Counted from the first letter of the stretch, positions 36,734 to 46,226 are shown. The stretch: DNA of 64,000 nt from Thermoplasmata archaeon (GCA_003560595.1 PWKY01000070.1:2540-66539); one strand, 5' to 3'. Numbers and translations: made by a program. Notes: a model not told the origin generated them from the sequence alone.

Positions 36734-37744
36734 ATGGTAAGAAAATATCCTTCATTCGGAATGGAAGACGCTCCAGGATTATCGGTTTTAGTTTTAGGGG
36801 TAGGAGGTGCAGGATGTAACAGTATAAACAGATTATCCCATTTAGGTATTTACGGTGCTGAAACCATCGCAGTAAATACTGATAGGGAACACCTTAAGAA
36901 CATACATTCAGATACAAGGATGCTTATCGGTAGGGAGCTCAATAGAGGACTTGGTGCAGGAGGCGATCCACGCGTAGGGGAGAGATGTGCAAAAAGTGCA
37001 GCATCGGGCTTTAAAAATCTGTTTAAAGAAACCGACCTTGTTTTCATAACCGCAGGATTAGGCGGGGGGACTGGAACTGGTGCCGCCCCTATGATCTGCG
37101 AGATCGCCAATAGATGTAAATGCATGGTTATAAGCATAGTAACCATGCCCTTTTCTTGCGAAGGAGGTATGAAAAGGAAGATGGCATCCATCGGATTAAG
37201 AAAGATCGAAAAATACTCAAATTCAACCATAGTACTTGAAAATGACACTTTACTGAAAGTAGTTCCTGACTTACCGATCGACCAAGGATTTGGTGTTATG
37301 GACTCGCTTATATCGGACCTGATAAAGAGTGTCACCGAAACCGTTACACTACCTTCTTTGATCAATCTTGATTTCAACGACCTAAGATCGGTACTAGAAG
37401 CAGGAGGAGTTTCAACCATGATGAGAGGGGAATCTAGTATTGATAATTACTTGAAAGTGGTGGATGAAGCTAGTAAAAATCCATTTTTACCTGTAGATTA
37501 CCGAGGGGCAAAAAAGGCGTTCATTCATTTGACCGGTGGTACGGATCTATCCGTAAAACAGATGCACGATGTAGTGGATAAGTTGACTTCTAATTTCGAC
37601 TCGAATGTAAACGTTATATTTGGAGCTAGGGTCGATCCTAGATACAAACACAAGATCAAACTTATGTCTGTTATCAGTGGTCTTGAGAGTACTGTTGACG
37701 TGATGAAAGGTAAACACAATAGTAAGATCCGCTCCGTATATTGA
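36734..37744 (+). CDS. FtsZ/tubulin-family GTPase (FtsZ2-like paralogue)
   Basis: Tubulin/FtsZ motifs GVGGAGCNSINRL and GLGGGTGTGAAP. The ATG at 36734 is preferred over the TTG at 36704 listed in the ORF track. Confidence 0.7.
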   Translation: MVRKYPSFGMEDAPGLSVLVLGVGGAGCNSINRLSHLGIYGAETIAVNTDREHLKNIHSDTRMLIGRELNRGLGAGGDPRVGERCAKSAASGFKNLFKETDLVFITAGLGGGTGTGAAPMICEIANRCKCMVISIVTMPFSCEGGMKRKMASIGLRKIEKYSNSTIVLENDTLLKVVPDLPIDQGFGVMDSLISDLIKSVTETVTLPSLINLDFNDLRSVLEAGGVSTMMRGESSIDNYLKVVDEASKNPFLPVDYRGAKKAFIHLTGGTDLSVKQMHDVVDKLTSNFDSNVNVIFGARVDPRYKHKIKLMSVISGLESTVDVMKGKHNSKIRSVY

Positions 37745-37781
37745 TTCTGGCATGTATTGGCTTTAAGAATAGTGGTGCGTT

Positions 37782-38099
37782 ATGGATGAAAAAATACGTG
37801 ACGTAGTTAAATCTACTAAAGGAGGAGTCTACATAGACATATATCTGACTCCAGGAACTTCTAGAAACAAAATCGATGGGGTCAATCCATGGAGAAATTG
37901 TTTAGAAGTAAAGTTAAAAGAAGACCCTATCAAGGGTAAAGCAAACAGCGCATTGATATCATATATATCTGAGCATATAGGAGTAACAACAGAAAGAGTT
38001 TCATTGGTAAAAGGAAAAACATCCCGGAAGAAAAGGATCTTCATTCAAGGTCTTGATGATGCTGGAGTGATCAAATATTTAGATCTAAAAAGTGATTGA
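37782..38099 (+). CDS. DUF167 (YggU/UPF0235)-family protein
   Basis: 105 aa. The pattern VYIDIYLTPGTSRNKIDGV...LEVKLKEDPIKGKANSALISYISEHIGV matches DUF167. Confidence 0.5.
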   Translation: MDEKIRDVVKSTKGGVYIDIYLTPGTSRNKIDGVNPWRNCLEVKLKEDPIKGKANSALISYISEHIGVTTERVSLVKGKTSRKKRIFIQGLDDAGVIKYLDLKSD

Positions 38100-38499
38100 T
38101 ATGAGGTTAAAGGAAAAGCTTGAAGGGATTACTAAAGTTTTAGAAGATGTCAAGAAGATGAATCGTACAGTCCCCATAATCGTAGAAGGAAAAAAAGATC
38201 TAAGGGCTCTACGTAAATTGGGATTCAGTGGAAAGATCATACGTATAAAGAAAAGAAGATCAGTATTTCACATAATTGAAGATCTGAGAGGGGTCCATGA
38301 AGAGGTTATCGTGATGACTGACTGGGATAAAACCGGGGGTAGGCTAGCTCACAAGATCAAAAAGGCATGCAGTGCAAATGAGATAACCGGTCTGATGGAA
38401 TATCGTAAAGAGATGATCAAGTATGTAAAAAAAGATATCAAGGACGTTGAGAGCTTACCTAAATTTATAGAAAGAGTGAGTAGAGAGACTTCAAGATAA
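38092..38499 (+). CDS. small Toprim-domain protein (UPF0292-like)
   Basis: 135 aa. PIIVEGKKDLRALRKLGF...VIVMTDWDKTGGRLAHKI shows the Toprim E...DxD pattern. Overlaps the DUF167 gene. Confidence 0.5.
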   Translation: MIDMRLKEKLEGITKVLEDVKKMNRTVPIIVEGKKDLRALRKLGFSGKIIRIKKRRSVFHIIEDLRGVHEEVIVMTDWDKTGGRLAHKIKKACSANEITGLMEYRKEMIKYVKKDIKDVESLPKFIERVSRETSR

Positions 38500-38564
38500 A
38501 TATCCATCCGATGCTTAGCCTATACCGATTTCTTTTTCTTGTGAGAACGGACACATCCAAAATG

Positions 38565-38573
38565 TTTATATAT
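38565..38573 (+). promoter_or_regulatory. candidate TATA box for the L1-P0-P1 operon
   Basis: TTTATATAT lies about 100 nt upstream of the rpl1 GTG start. A GGAGGT Shine-Dalgarno sequence sits at 38657-38662. Confidence 0.35.
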
Positions 38574-38669
38574 GAATCATCTTTGGTTTGATTTGCCTGT
38601 AGGAGGTTTTCCCGTATACGGCTAAATTGTCGTCGGGAGAACACCGTTAGCACTACAGGAGGTAATAAC

Positions 38670-39308
38670 GTGGCAGATAAAGAGATATTAAAAGCGGTTA
38701 AGAAGACCCTCGAAAAGGCCCCTAATAGGAACTTCACTGAGAGTCTTGAATTGGCGATAAATCTCAGAGATATCGACCTTAGCATACCTGATAAAAGGGT
38801 AAACCAAGAGATACTATTACCTCATGGAAGAGGTAAAGAGATAAAGGTAGGCGTTTTTGGTTCAGGTGATTTGGCGTTACAGGCAAAAAAATCAGCAGAT
38901 ACCGTCATCGAACCCGACGAACTGAACGAATTGATGGATGATAAAAAAGAAGCGAGAAGAATTGCTGAAGAACATCAGTTTTTCCTAGCCGAACCACCAC
39001 TCATGCCTATCATCGGTCGTGGAATGGGTGCGATCTTAGGACCTAAAGGCAAGATGCCAACTCCGGTAACACCCAATATGGATATAAACAACACAATAAA
39101 CTCTCTGAGAAATACAGTACTAGTCCGATCAAAAGACAAGAGAACATTTCACGCACCCGTGGGAACTGCGGACATGGAACACGAGGATATTGCCGATAAT
39201 ATAGATACGGTGATAAAAAGGGTCATCGGAGAGCTGGAAAGAGGACGAATGAACATAGACAGCATATACCTTAAGACCACAATGGGTCCAGCAGTGAGGT
39301 TGATGTGA
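38670..39308 (+). CDS. rpl1: 50S ribosomal protein L1
   Basis: 212 aa. GTG start preceded by GGAGGT. Typical L1 sequence throughout. Confidence 0.9.
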   Translation: MADKEILKAVKKTLEKAPNRNFTESLELAINLRDIDLSIPDKRVNQEILLPHGRGKEIKVGVFGSGDLALQAKKSADTVIEPDELNELMDDKKEARRIAEEHQFFLAEPPLMPIIGRGMGAILGPKGKMPTPVTPNMDINNTINSLRNTVLVRSKDKRTFHAPVGTADMEHEDIADNIDTVIKRVIGELERGRMNIDSIYLKTTMGPAVRLM

Positions 39309-39317
39309 GGGGATAAC

Positions 39318-40232
39318 ATGGATACGGTACCAGCATGGAAAAAGGAGGAAGTTGCACGCTTGACCAAGCTTATGAAATACAGCCCGGTGGTAGCAGTTGT
39401 AGATATAGAAAACATACCATCATTTCAAATGCAGCAGATGAGAGCGAGATTAAGAGGCTCTGTCAACCTCATAGTCTCTCGAAATACATTGATAGAACGT
39501 GCATTGGATGATGTCTCATCAGATCGAGAAGGTATTTTAAATTTGAAAGAACACCTAGGAGGTCAGACTGCATTGGTTACAACCGACTTAAATCCTTTTA
39601 AGCTTTTCAAACGGATGGAGTCAACAAAAACTAGTGCTCCAGCACGTGGAGGTGACATCGCCCCAGAGAACATCAAGGTTGAAAAGGGAGATACTCCTTT
39701 CAAACCTGGGCCGATAGTAGGGGATTTGCAAAAGGCGGGAATACCGGCTTCAATTCAAAGTGGTAAAGTAAGGATCAATAAAACTAAGGTAGTTGCTAAG
39801 GCAGGAGAAAGCATATCCTCAGACTTAGCTAAGATGCTCACGAGATTAGATATTAATCCTATCACAGTAGGTCTTGACTTGAAGATAGCCTACGAAGATG
39901 GCACACTCTTCGACAAAGAGACCCTTGATATAGATACGGATAAATACTTTGAAGATTTAAAGATGGCTTCACAATCTGCTTTCAACCTTTCAGTAAATGC
40001 GGCTTATCCAACATCGTTAAACACCGAATCGATAATTATGAAAGCACATAGAGATGCTTTCTCTTTGGCGTTTAACACCGATATTATGGTGGATGAGACG
40101 GTAAAACTAAAGATATCACAGGCACACAAAGATATGCTTAGTATAGTGGCAAAATTGGATCCAGAGATACTTGGAAGCGAATTGATGGAAAAGTTAGGAT
40201 TAGAACAAACGAATGAAAAAACAGAAGGATGA
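39318..40232 (+). CDS. rplP0: ribosomal stalk protein P0 (L10)
   Basis: 304 aa, P0-like. Position is between L1 and L12/P1. Confidence 0.85.
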   Translation: MDTVPAWKKEEVARLTKLMKYSPVVAVVDIENIPSFQMQQMRARLRGSVNLIVSRNTLIERALDDVSSDREGILNLKEHLGGQTALVTTDLNPFKLFKRMESTKTSAPARGGDIAPENIKVEKGDTPFKPGPIVGDLQKAGIPASIQSGKVRINKTKVVAKAGESISSDLAKMLTRLDINPITVGLDLKIAYEDGTLFDKETLDIDTDKYFEDLKMASQSAFNLSVNAAYPTSLNTESIIMKAHRDAFSLAFNTDIMVDETVKLKISQAHKDMLSIVAKLDPEILGSELMEKLGLEQTNEKTEG

Positions 40233-40262
40233 TAAGATATCAGATTCAAGGAGGTAAAGAAT

Positions 40263-40577
40263 ATGGAATATGTATACAGCGCTTTGGTGCTTCACTCAGC
40301 GGGCAAAGAAATCAATGAAGAAGGAATTGCAGGGATCCTGAATGCAGCCGGTATAGAACCGGATGAGTCCAGGATTAAAGCTTTGACGGCATGCCTAGAA
40401 GATGTAGATATAGACAAGGCCATCGAAGAAGGTATTGCAATGCCAACCGCCGGCGTTTCCGCAGCACCTGCTGCTGAAGCTGAAGAAAAAGAAGAAGACG
40501 AAGAAGACGAAGAAGAAGATAGAGACGAAGATAAGGAAAAGGAAGAAGCAGCGGCAGGGCTTGGATCTCTCTTCTGA
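40263..40577 (+). CDS. rpl12: ribosomal stalk protein P1 (L12)
   Basis: 104 aa. Ala-rich hinge. Acidic tail ending [11 protein letters not shown]. Confidence 0.85.
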   Translation: MEYVYSALVLHSAGKEINEEGIAGILNAAGIEPDESRIKALTACLEDVDIDKAIEEGIAMPTAGVSAAPAAEAEEKEEDEEDEEEDRDEDKEKEEAAAGLGSLF

Positions 40578-40585
40578 GGGATCCC

Positions 40586-40606
40586 TTTCCCTTTTCATCT
40601 TTTTTT
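40586..40606 (+). terminator. T9 tract terminator candidate after rpl12
   Basis: The element ccttttcatcttttttttt follows the rpl12 stop. A TATA-like TTAATTATAAAA at 40620-40631 follows it, ahead of ftsZ1. Confidence 0.4.
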
Positions 40607-40699
40607 TTCTAGGGATGTATTAATTATAAAACTATCCACAAACATTATAAAGGCTTCAAAACATACGCTCTTCTATAAATATATGGAGAGAATAAAAAC

Positions 40700-41776
40700 A
40701 TGGACTCCCTTATAAATAACGCCTTAGGTAATTCAAAAGATGTTCAAACGGATAAAGATACCGATGAAGAGCTTGTACAGATCCTAAAGGGTCTTAAGAC
40801 AAAAATTGCGATAGTTGGTCTTGGAGGAGCAGGTTGCAACACTTTGAATCGTATCGCAGAGGAGGGTGTAAAAGGAGCCACTCTCATTGCCGCCAACACC
40901 GACGCTCAGCATCTACTCAGTGTGAATGCAGATAGAAAAATACTATTGGGCCGCAGCCTTACGCGAGGGCTTGGGGCAGGTGCTAAACCAGAGGTAGGCG
41001 AAAAAGCCGCTGAAGAATCTATAAATGACTTTGATTCATTATTAGACGGTGCCGATATAGTGTTCCTAACCTGTGGCCTTGGAGGTGGAACTGGAACCGG
41101 TTCTATTTCTCCGGTGGCGAGATTAGCAAAGGAAAAAGGGGCATTGACTATAGCGGTGATGACTAAGCCTTTCTCCGCCGAAGGTAAATCTAGAGAAGAC
41201 AATGCAAGCTGGGGAATACAACGTATGAAAAATATCACAGATACTGTGATAGTTGTACCTAATGATAAACTAGTCGAACTTTTCCCCAGACTATCTTTAA
41301 ACAAAGCATTCAAGATAGCCGATGAGATACTTATGCGTTCGATAAAAGGTTTAACAGAGATGATCACAAAACCCGGATTGGTCAACTTGGACTTTAACGA
41401 TCTAAAGACTGTCATGCAGGGTGCAGGGATGGCTATGGTCGGCATGGGCGAATCAACGGCTACAGGAGATCAAAGAGCAAAAGAAGCTATCGAAGAGGCG
41501 ATCAATTCTCCATTGTTAGACGTAGATATCGGGGGTTCGAAGGGTGCGTTGATCAACGTCACTGGGGGAAGCAGCATGACCATCCGAGAAGCTGAGATGG
41601 TAGCTGAAGAGATCGAAAAGGTTGTTAGTCCAAATGCCCACATAATATGGGGATGTGATGTAAATCCTGAGCTCGAAGATACGCTACGTGTTATGCTCGT
41701 AGCAACTGGTGTAAAATCCAAACATTTATCATCAGTGCCAGATAAAAAAGTAGAGGATATTCAAAAAGTATACTGA
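40700..41776 (+). CDS. ftsZ: cell division GTPase FtsZ (FtsZ1-like)
   Basis: 358 aa. Motifs IAIVGLGGAGCNTLNRI and GLGGGTGTGSISPVARLAKEKG. The T7 loop is typical. Confidence 0.85.
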   Translation: MDSLINNALGNSKDVQTDKDTDEELVQILKGLKTKIAIVGLGGAGCNTLNRIAEEGVKGATLIAANTDAQHLLSVNADRKILLGRSLTRGLGAGAKPEVGEKAAEESINDFDSLLDGADIVFLTCGLGGGTGTGSISPVARLAKEKGALTIAVMTKPFSAEGKSREDNASWGIQRMKNITDTVIVVPNDKLVELFPRLSLNKAFKIADEILMRSIKGLTEMITKPGLVNLDFNDLKTVMQGAGMAMVGMGESTATGDQRAKEAIEEAINSPLLDVDIGGSKGALINVTGGSSMTIREAEMVAEEIEKVVSPNAHIIWGCDVNPELEDTLRVMLVATGVKSKHLSSVPDKKVEDIQKVY

Positions 41777-42603
41777 CCCTCTCTAGCACCAAGGACCTCA
41801 TATATCAATCTAGAAGCTAAGTTTGAAGTGATGCCGCTTTTGTCATATGGTGGTGACACCTCTACAACATCAAAGCCGACTAATTTGTTTGCCAACGTGT
41901 CTATTATATTTTTTAAAGTCACAGGCTTCAAACCAAAAGGTTCAGGATTACCTACGCCTGGGGCAAAGGCGGGATCCACTACATCCATGTCAATAGATAG
42001 GTAAATCTTTGAGGACTTGAAACTGTTTTTGATCGATTCCTCAGGATGTTCCATTGATAAGATTTTTTTTGCAGATAGATGAGCAGGTAATCTACCTCCC
42101 TTGATCTCATCTGAAGATATAGATCTCACACCACATACCAATAAATCACCCGATATGATCTCCGATACACGTTTGGATACGGTAGCATGACTGTTGCTCA
42201 GTCCTTCATAACTATCCCTATAGTCCAAATGAGCATCTAGTATCAAAACATCTACTTCATCATAAGCTGATACTGCATGTGGGGTTATGGAATGTTCCCC
42301 ACCAATTAGCAATGGAAACTTACCGTCACCCACAATATCTGAAACTGCATTTTGAACGGTTTCACCCATATCTTCTAAAGAATACTCGACCAAATCGCCG
42401 CGATCGTGAAGAGCTATAGAACTGATATCTACATCATGTTCCATCATATAAGGCTCAAAACAGTAAGATGCCTTACGTATCGATTTTGGACCCTGTGCGG
42501 TACCACTACGAAAGGATGAGGTTTTATCGAAAGGTACTCCTACTATAACGTAGTTAGCCCTTTTATAATCACAACGTGCACTAGCAAATACGGTTATCTT
42601 TTC
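41761..42603 (-). CDS. agmatinase/ureohydrolase-family protein; the conserved N-terminus lacks any ATG/GTG/TTG and is in frame with, and directly 3' of, the aIF5A TGA stop
   Basis: Ureohydrolase motifs GGEHSIT, DAHLDYRD and SIDMDVVDPAFAPGVG. The 52 codons between the TGA at 42604-42606 and the first ATG (42447) translate to EKITVFASARCDYKRANYVIVGVPFDKTSSFRSGTAQGPKSIRKASYCFEPY. This is the conserved GVPFD...GP..IR N-terminus of agmatinases. Confidence 0.65.
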   Translation of the reverse strand, partial: EKITVFASARCDYKRANYVIVGVPFDKTSSFRSGTAQGPKSIRKASYCFEPYMMEHDVDISSIALHDRGDLVEYSLEDMGETVQNAVSDIVGDGKFPLLIGGEHSITPHAVSAYDEVDVLILDAHLDYRDSYEGLSNSHATVSKRVSEIISGDLLVCGVRSISSDEIKGGRLPAHLSAKKILSMEHPEESIKNSFKSSKIYLSIDMDVVDPAFAPGVGNPEPFGLKPVTLKNIIDTLANKLVGFDVVEVSPPYDKSGITSNLASRLIYEVLGAREGQYTF

Positions 42604-42993
42604 TCACACCCTTGTGATCTTCTTCTTTCCTACTGCCTCTAAATAATCTACTTCTTGGCCTTGTTCGATTTTATCCATCACTTCCTGATCATCCACTGCA
42701 AGACCGAAGGTTTCGTAGGTTTCTAGGTCCATCAATTTGATTTCATTACCTTGAATACTGATCACTTGTCCCTTTCGTTTGTCGATGATCGGTACCCGTA
42801 TCTTATGTGTGACGGGATTGATCATACTGTGCTTTTTTCCATCAAATATACCTATAGCCTGTATCCTAGCCTTGGCTTCACCGTGTTTGCCAGGTTTGGA
42901 AGTGTCTATACTTTTTATCTTACAAGGTTCATCATCGATCATCATATAGTTATTGACCTTGAGGTTCCTGATTTCGTTTTGTTCCCATGCCAT
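42604..42993 (-). CDS. translation initiation factor 5A (aIF-5A)
   Basis: 129 aa. Hypusine-site consensus TSKPGKHGEAKARI. Confidence 0.85.
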   Translation of the reverse strand: MAWEQNEIRNLKVNNYMMIDDEPCKIKSIDTSKPGKHGEAKARIQAIGIFDGKKHSMINPVTHKIRVPIIDKRKGQVISIQGNEIKLMDLETYETFGLAVDDQEVMDKIEQGQEVDYLEAVGKKKITRV

Positions 42994-43032
42994 TTTATCT
43001 ACCTTTGTTATTACGCTTTAATATTTAAAGTA

Positions 43033-44892
43033 TTACGCATTTTCTTTGGTTTCTTCCAATAATTTCTCCATAGTGTCTAGGTGCTCCCAAAGAACAGAAA
43101 GGCCCTTCTGCCAAAATTCAGGATCGGTTATATCTACGCCGATCTCTGCTAATAGATCTTTGGGATCCTCTGAACCCCCTTTGGACAAGAGTTTGATATA
43201 CTTAGGTACAAATTCTTCTCCCTGTTCCTGATAGAGTCCGTATAGTGCGAGTACTAAAAGTTCTCCGAACGCATATGCGTAACAGTAGAATGGATAGTGT
43301 ACAAAGTGAAGCACATAAGACCACCACCAGCCGTAGTCGTCAGTTAGCTCTACGGAGTCTCCAAACTGTTCTCGGTTAGCTTCGAGCCAAAGTTCAGATA
43401 TTTGTTCCGGCTTTAATTCTCCCTTCTCTTTCCTAGCATCATGCAAGAAAAGTTCAAAACGGGTCATTATTACCTGTCTGAAAACAGTGGCAAAGTCGCT
43501 TTGTATCTTATTGCCTATAAGGGCCAGTTTTGATTCCGGATCATCTTCTTCTTCGAGCATCTTTTCGAATAAAAGCATCTCTCCAAAGACACTAGCCATC
43601 TCCGCCGTGGTCAGGGGGGTACTTTGCTGTAAATACCCTTGCTCTCTCGCTAGATACTGGTGTATACCGTGTCCTAACTCATGAGCCATTGTCATAGCAT
43701 CACGGGGCTTGTCTGTGAAGTTCAACATTATATAGGGGTGTACCGACGGGACCGTCGATGCGCTGAATGCACCGCCTCTCTTTCCAGGTTTCAGTTGAGC
43801 ATCTATCCATGATTTATCAAAGAACTCTCCTGCTATCTGTTTCATATCTGGAGAAAATTTTTCAAAGGCACTGAGGACCTTCTTTTTGCTCTCATCGAAG
43901 GTGATACTAGGTGTTGAACCGGGTAGAGGGTTGTATCTATCATAGTCGTAGAGTTTGTCATAACCTAGGATATCCTTCTTTAGATCATAGAACTTGTGTA
44001 CCATGTCCACATTATTCATACACGCCTCGATCAAGGCATCGACAGTATCCTTGTCCACACGATTATCTAGATTTCTAGGGGTCATGTGGTGTGGATAACC
44101 TCTAAATTCACCGATCGTATGATGGTTTAGAACTATGTTATTGAAGATAAAGGTTAACAATTTATGTTTATCTTTTAATGCCTCCGTAACTCCCTTCTTG
44201 GCCTTTTTTCTTACACTTCTGTCAGGATCAAAAAGTAGGGAAAGAGCCTGGTCAAGGACCATCTCTTCTTCTTTATCCTCGATACGCACGTTTATGTCTC
44301 CGATGGTCTCATCGAATAATCTTACGAAGGCTTTCTTACCTGTATTTTGTAAAGATTCAACTAACTGTTCTTCCTTTTCAGACAGCATGTAAGGTGTATA
44401 TTTTCTCCAATGTTTTATCAAACTAGAATATTTGTCTAACTCTTCAGACTCCAGATATTTTTTAGCATCTTTTTCATCGAGTGACTGCCATTCCAGCTGG
44501 AAAAATATCAACTTGTTCTTCACCTCACTAGCCTTCTGCTGTGTCTTAGCATAAAGGGCACCTATATCAGCATCCTGTGTGTCCACGGAATAAGAGAGAA
44601 TTGCAAAAGAGCTTATTTTACCCATGCCCTCATATATGCGTTCATATTCTTCCACAGCCTCTTTAAATTCGGTGGGGCTGAGTTCTAGCCTTTCTAGTTT
44701 TCCTCGGTATTTTTCAGAGAATTTATCTGCTTTATTGATGACTTCTTTGAAGTCTTTTTCGATTTTTGGATCATCTATTCCCTTGTAAAAATCTGTCAAA
44801 TCCCATTCAATTCCATCTGCACTGCTAGTTTTTCCTTTGGGCATATCTACACCTGGTCCGAGTAATATTTCATCCAAAATAAAGTTTCTCAT
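43033..44892 (-). CDS. pepF: oligoendopeptidase F (M3B zinc metallopeptidase)
   Basis: 619 aa. HExxH present (MAHELGHGIH). M3B-wide similarity. Confidence 0.8.
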   Translation of the reverse strand: MRNFILDEILLGPGVDMPKGKTSSADGIEWDLTDFYKGIDDPKIEKDFKEVINKADKFSEKYRGKLERLELSPTEFKEAVEEYERIYEGMGKISSFAILSYSVDTQDADIGALYAKTQQKASEVKNKLIFFQLEWQSLDEKDAKKYLESEELDKYSSLIKHWRKYTPYMLSEKEEQLVESLQNTGKKAFVRLFDETIGDINVRIEDKEEEMVLDQALSLLFDPDRSVRKKAKKGVTEALKDKHKLLTFIFNNIVLNHHTIGEFRGYPHHMTPRNLDNRVDKDTVDALIEACMNNVDMVHKFYDLKKDILGYDKLYDYDRYNPLPGSTPSITFDESKKKVLSAFEKFSPDMKQIAGEFFDKSWIDAQLKPGKRGGAFSASTVPSVHPYIMLNFTDKPRDAMTMAHELGHGIHQYLAREQGYLQQSTPLTTAEMASVFGEMLLFEKMLEEEDDPESKLALIGNKIQSDFATVFRQVIMTRFELFLHDARKEKGELKPEQISELWLEANREQFGDSVELTDDYGWWWSYVLHFVHYPFYCYAYAFGELLVLALYGLYQEQGEEFVPKYIKLLSKGGSEDPKDLLAEIGVDITDPEFWQKGLSVLWEHLDTMEKLLEETKENA

Positions 44893-44907
44893 CTTATGGG
44901 AGTTACT

Positions 44908-45360
44908 TTAAGGGTATATCCATCCCTCTTCGACCCTATTGTAATCTGAATAGTCATCCTCTTTAAAGAATATTCCTAACTCTCTTTCCGCACTTTCTGA
45001 GGAATCCGAAGCATGAACGATATTGCGAGATACTTCTATGGCAAGATCGCCTCGGATCGTTCCGGGTTCGGCTTTCTTGGGGTCGGTTTTACCCACTATT
45101 TTCCTTACCATCTGGATAGATGAGTCACCTGTTAAGGCCATAACTACTACTGGGCCGGATGTGATGTATTTCAAAAGAGGTTGATAAAAATCCTTTCCCT
45201 GGTGCTCCTCATAATGTGTGGATGCGGTTTTTTCATCGACCTCCAGTAATTTCATGGCGGATATCCGCAATCCTTTGCTCTCAAAGCGAGATATGACCTT
45301 GCCGATCAGCCCTCTCTGGACACAATCGGGCTTAAGCATTACAAAGGTAGTTTCCTGCAT
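44908..45360 (-). CDS. ndk: nucleoside diphosphate kinase
   Basis: 150 aa. ETTFVMLKPDCVQRGLIG...NIVHASDS, with the active-site His in NxxHxSD. Confidence 0.9.
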   Translation of the reverse strand: MQETTFVMLKPDCVQRGLIGKVISRFESKGLRISAMKLLEVDEKTASTHYEEHQGKDFYQPLLKYITSGPVVVMALTGDSSIQMVRKIVGKTDPKKAEPGTIRGDLAIEVSRNIVHASDSSESAERELGIFFKEDDYSDYNRVEEGWIYP

Positions 45361-45366
45361 GTTATC

Positions 45367-45621
45367 CTACCCTTGTTTTTTACGCCTTATTTTTTTCTTC
45401 TTTAAGCTCTTTTTAGGATAGACCTTGATAGCCTTTTCCTGAGCATATTTACGTGTCCAACGTGTCTCTCGGTCCTTCCTTTTGAGATCGATCATGTTCT
45501 TCTTGCATTTACCCGTACAAAAATTGAATACCGCGCCATCAGTTTTAACGTACAGTTTGCCCGTGCCTGGCTCGATCTTAACGCCACAAAATGAACATTG
45601 TCTAGCTTCAACCATCTTCAT
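45367..45621 (-). CDS. rpl24e: 50S ribosomal protein L24e
   Basis: 84 aa. [17 protein letters not shown]...FCTGKCKKN zinc ribbon. Confidence 0.85.
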   Translation of the reverse strand: MKMVEARQCSFCGVKIEPGTGKLYVKTDGAVFNFCTGKCKKNMIDLKRKDRETRWTRKYAQEKAIKVYPKKSLKKKKIRRKKQG

Positions 45622-45830
45622 CTAACTCCGATGCTTCTCGCTTCTCTTGCAGTTTCTCTTAACATAAGGATGTCGCCTTTTTTTACTGGACCCATGACGT
45701 TCCGGGTTATTATCCTACCTTCGTCACGGCCCTCCAGCACCCTAACTTTTGCTTGGACAGCCTCTCCGGTCATACCTGTCCTACCGATTATCTCTATGAC
45801 CTCTCCAGGTGTCCCTTCATATTCTGCCAT
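45618..45830 (-). CDS. rps28e: 30S ribosomal protein S28e
   Basis: 70 aa. [29 protein letters not shown] is typical of S28e. Confidence 0.85.
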   Translation of the reverse strand: MAEYEGTPGEVIEIIGRTGMTGEAVQAKVRVLEGRDEGRIITRNVMGPVKKGDILMLRETAREARSIGVR

Positions 45831-45851
45831 GTTAAAACTCCTTTAGAGCAT

Positions 45852-46226
45852 TTACTTAAGTTTAGCGATCTCTTTTACCAATTCCTCAAGCATCTGTTCA
45901 CCTTTTCCACCATCGGTGATAGCTACAGACGCAGAAGGTGCGTTCAGGCCGGATGCACCGCCTAATTCCTGCTTAGAGGGCACATAGGCGTAGGCCACTT
46001 CACGCTCTTCACAAAGTAGTGGTATATGTGCTAATATTTCAGGAGGAGTTACATCCTCAGCCATTACTACAAGTTTAGCATTTCCTCTTTCCACAACTTT
46101 TGTTACCTCGTTGGTTCCTTTCCTTAATTTTCCCGTGTCTCGAGCGATCTCAACCGCTTCATAGGTTTTAGTGATCAACTCGTCGGGCATCTCGAAATTT
46201 ACATATATTTTTGACATCTGTCGCAC
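45852..46226 (-). CDS. rpl7ae: 50S ribosomal protein L7Ae (K-turn-binding)
   Basis: 124 aa. [32 protein letters not shown] is the conserved L7Ae/L30e-fold core. This is the usual L7Ae-S28e-L24e-ndk cluster. Confidence 0.85.
   Translation of the reverse strand: MRQMSKIYVNFEMPDELITKTYEAVEIARDTGKLRKGTNEVTKVVERGNAKLVVMAEDVTPPEILAHIPLLCEEREVAYAYVPSKQELGGASGLNAPSASVAITDGGKGEQMLEELVKEIAKLK

Noticed and set aside
42604-42606. TGA between aIF5A and agmatinase as a possible sense codon (alternative genetic code)
   Set aside because: TGA is plainly used as a stop at many well-defined gene ends in the window, including aRF1, rpoB and GGR. A canonical aRF1 is present. A global recoding is therefore unlikely, and only local readthrough, reinitiation or a sequencing error remains plausible.
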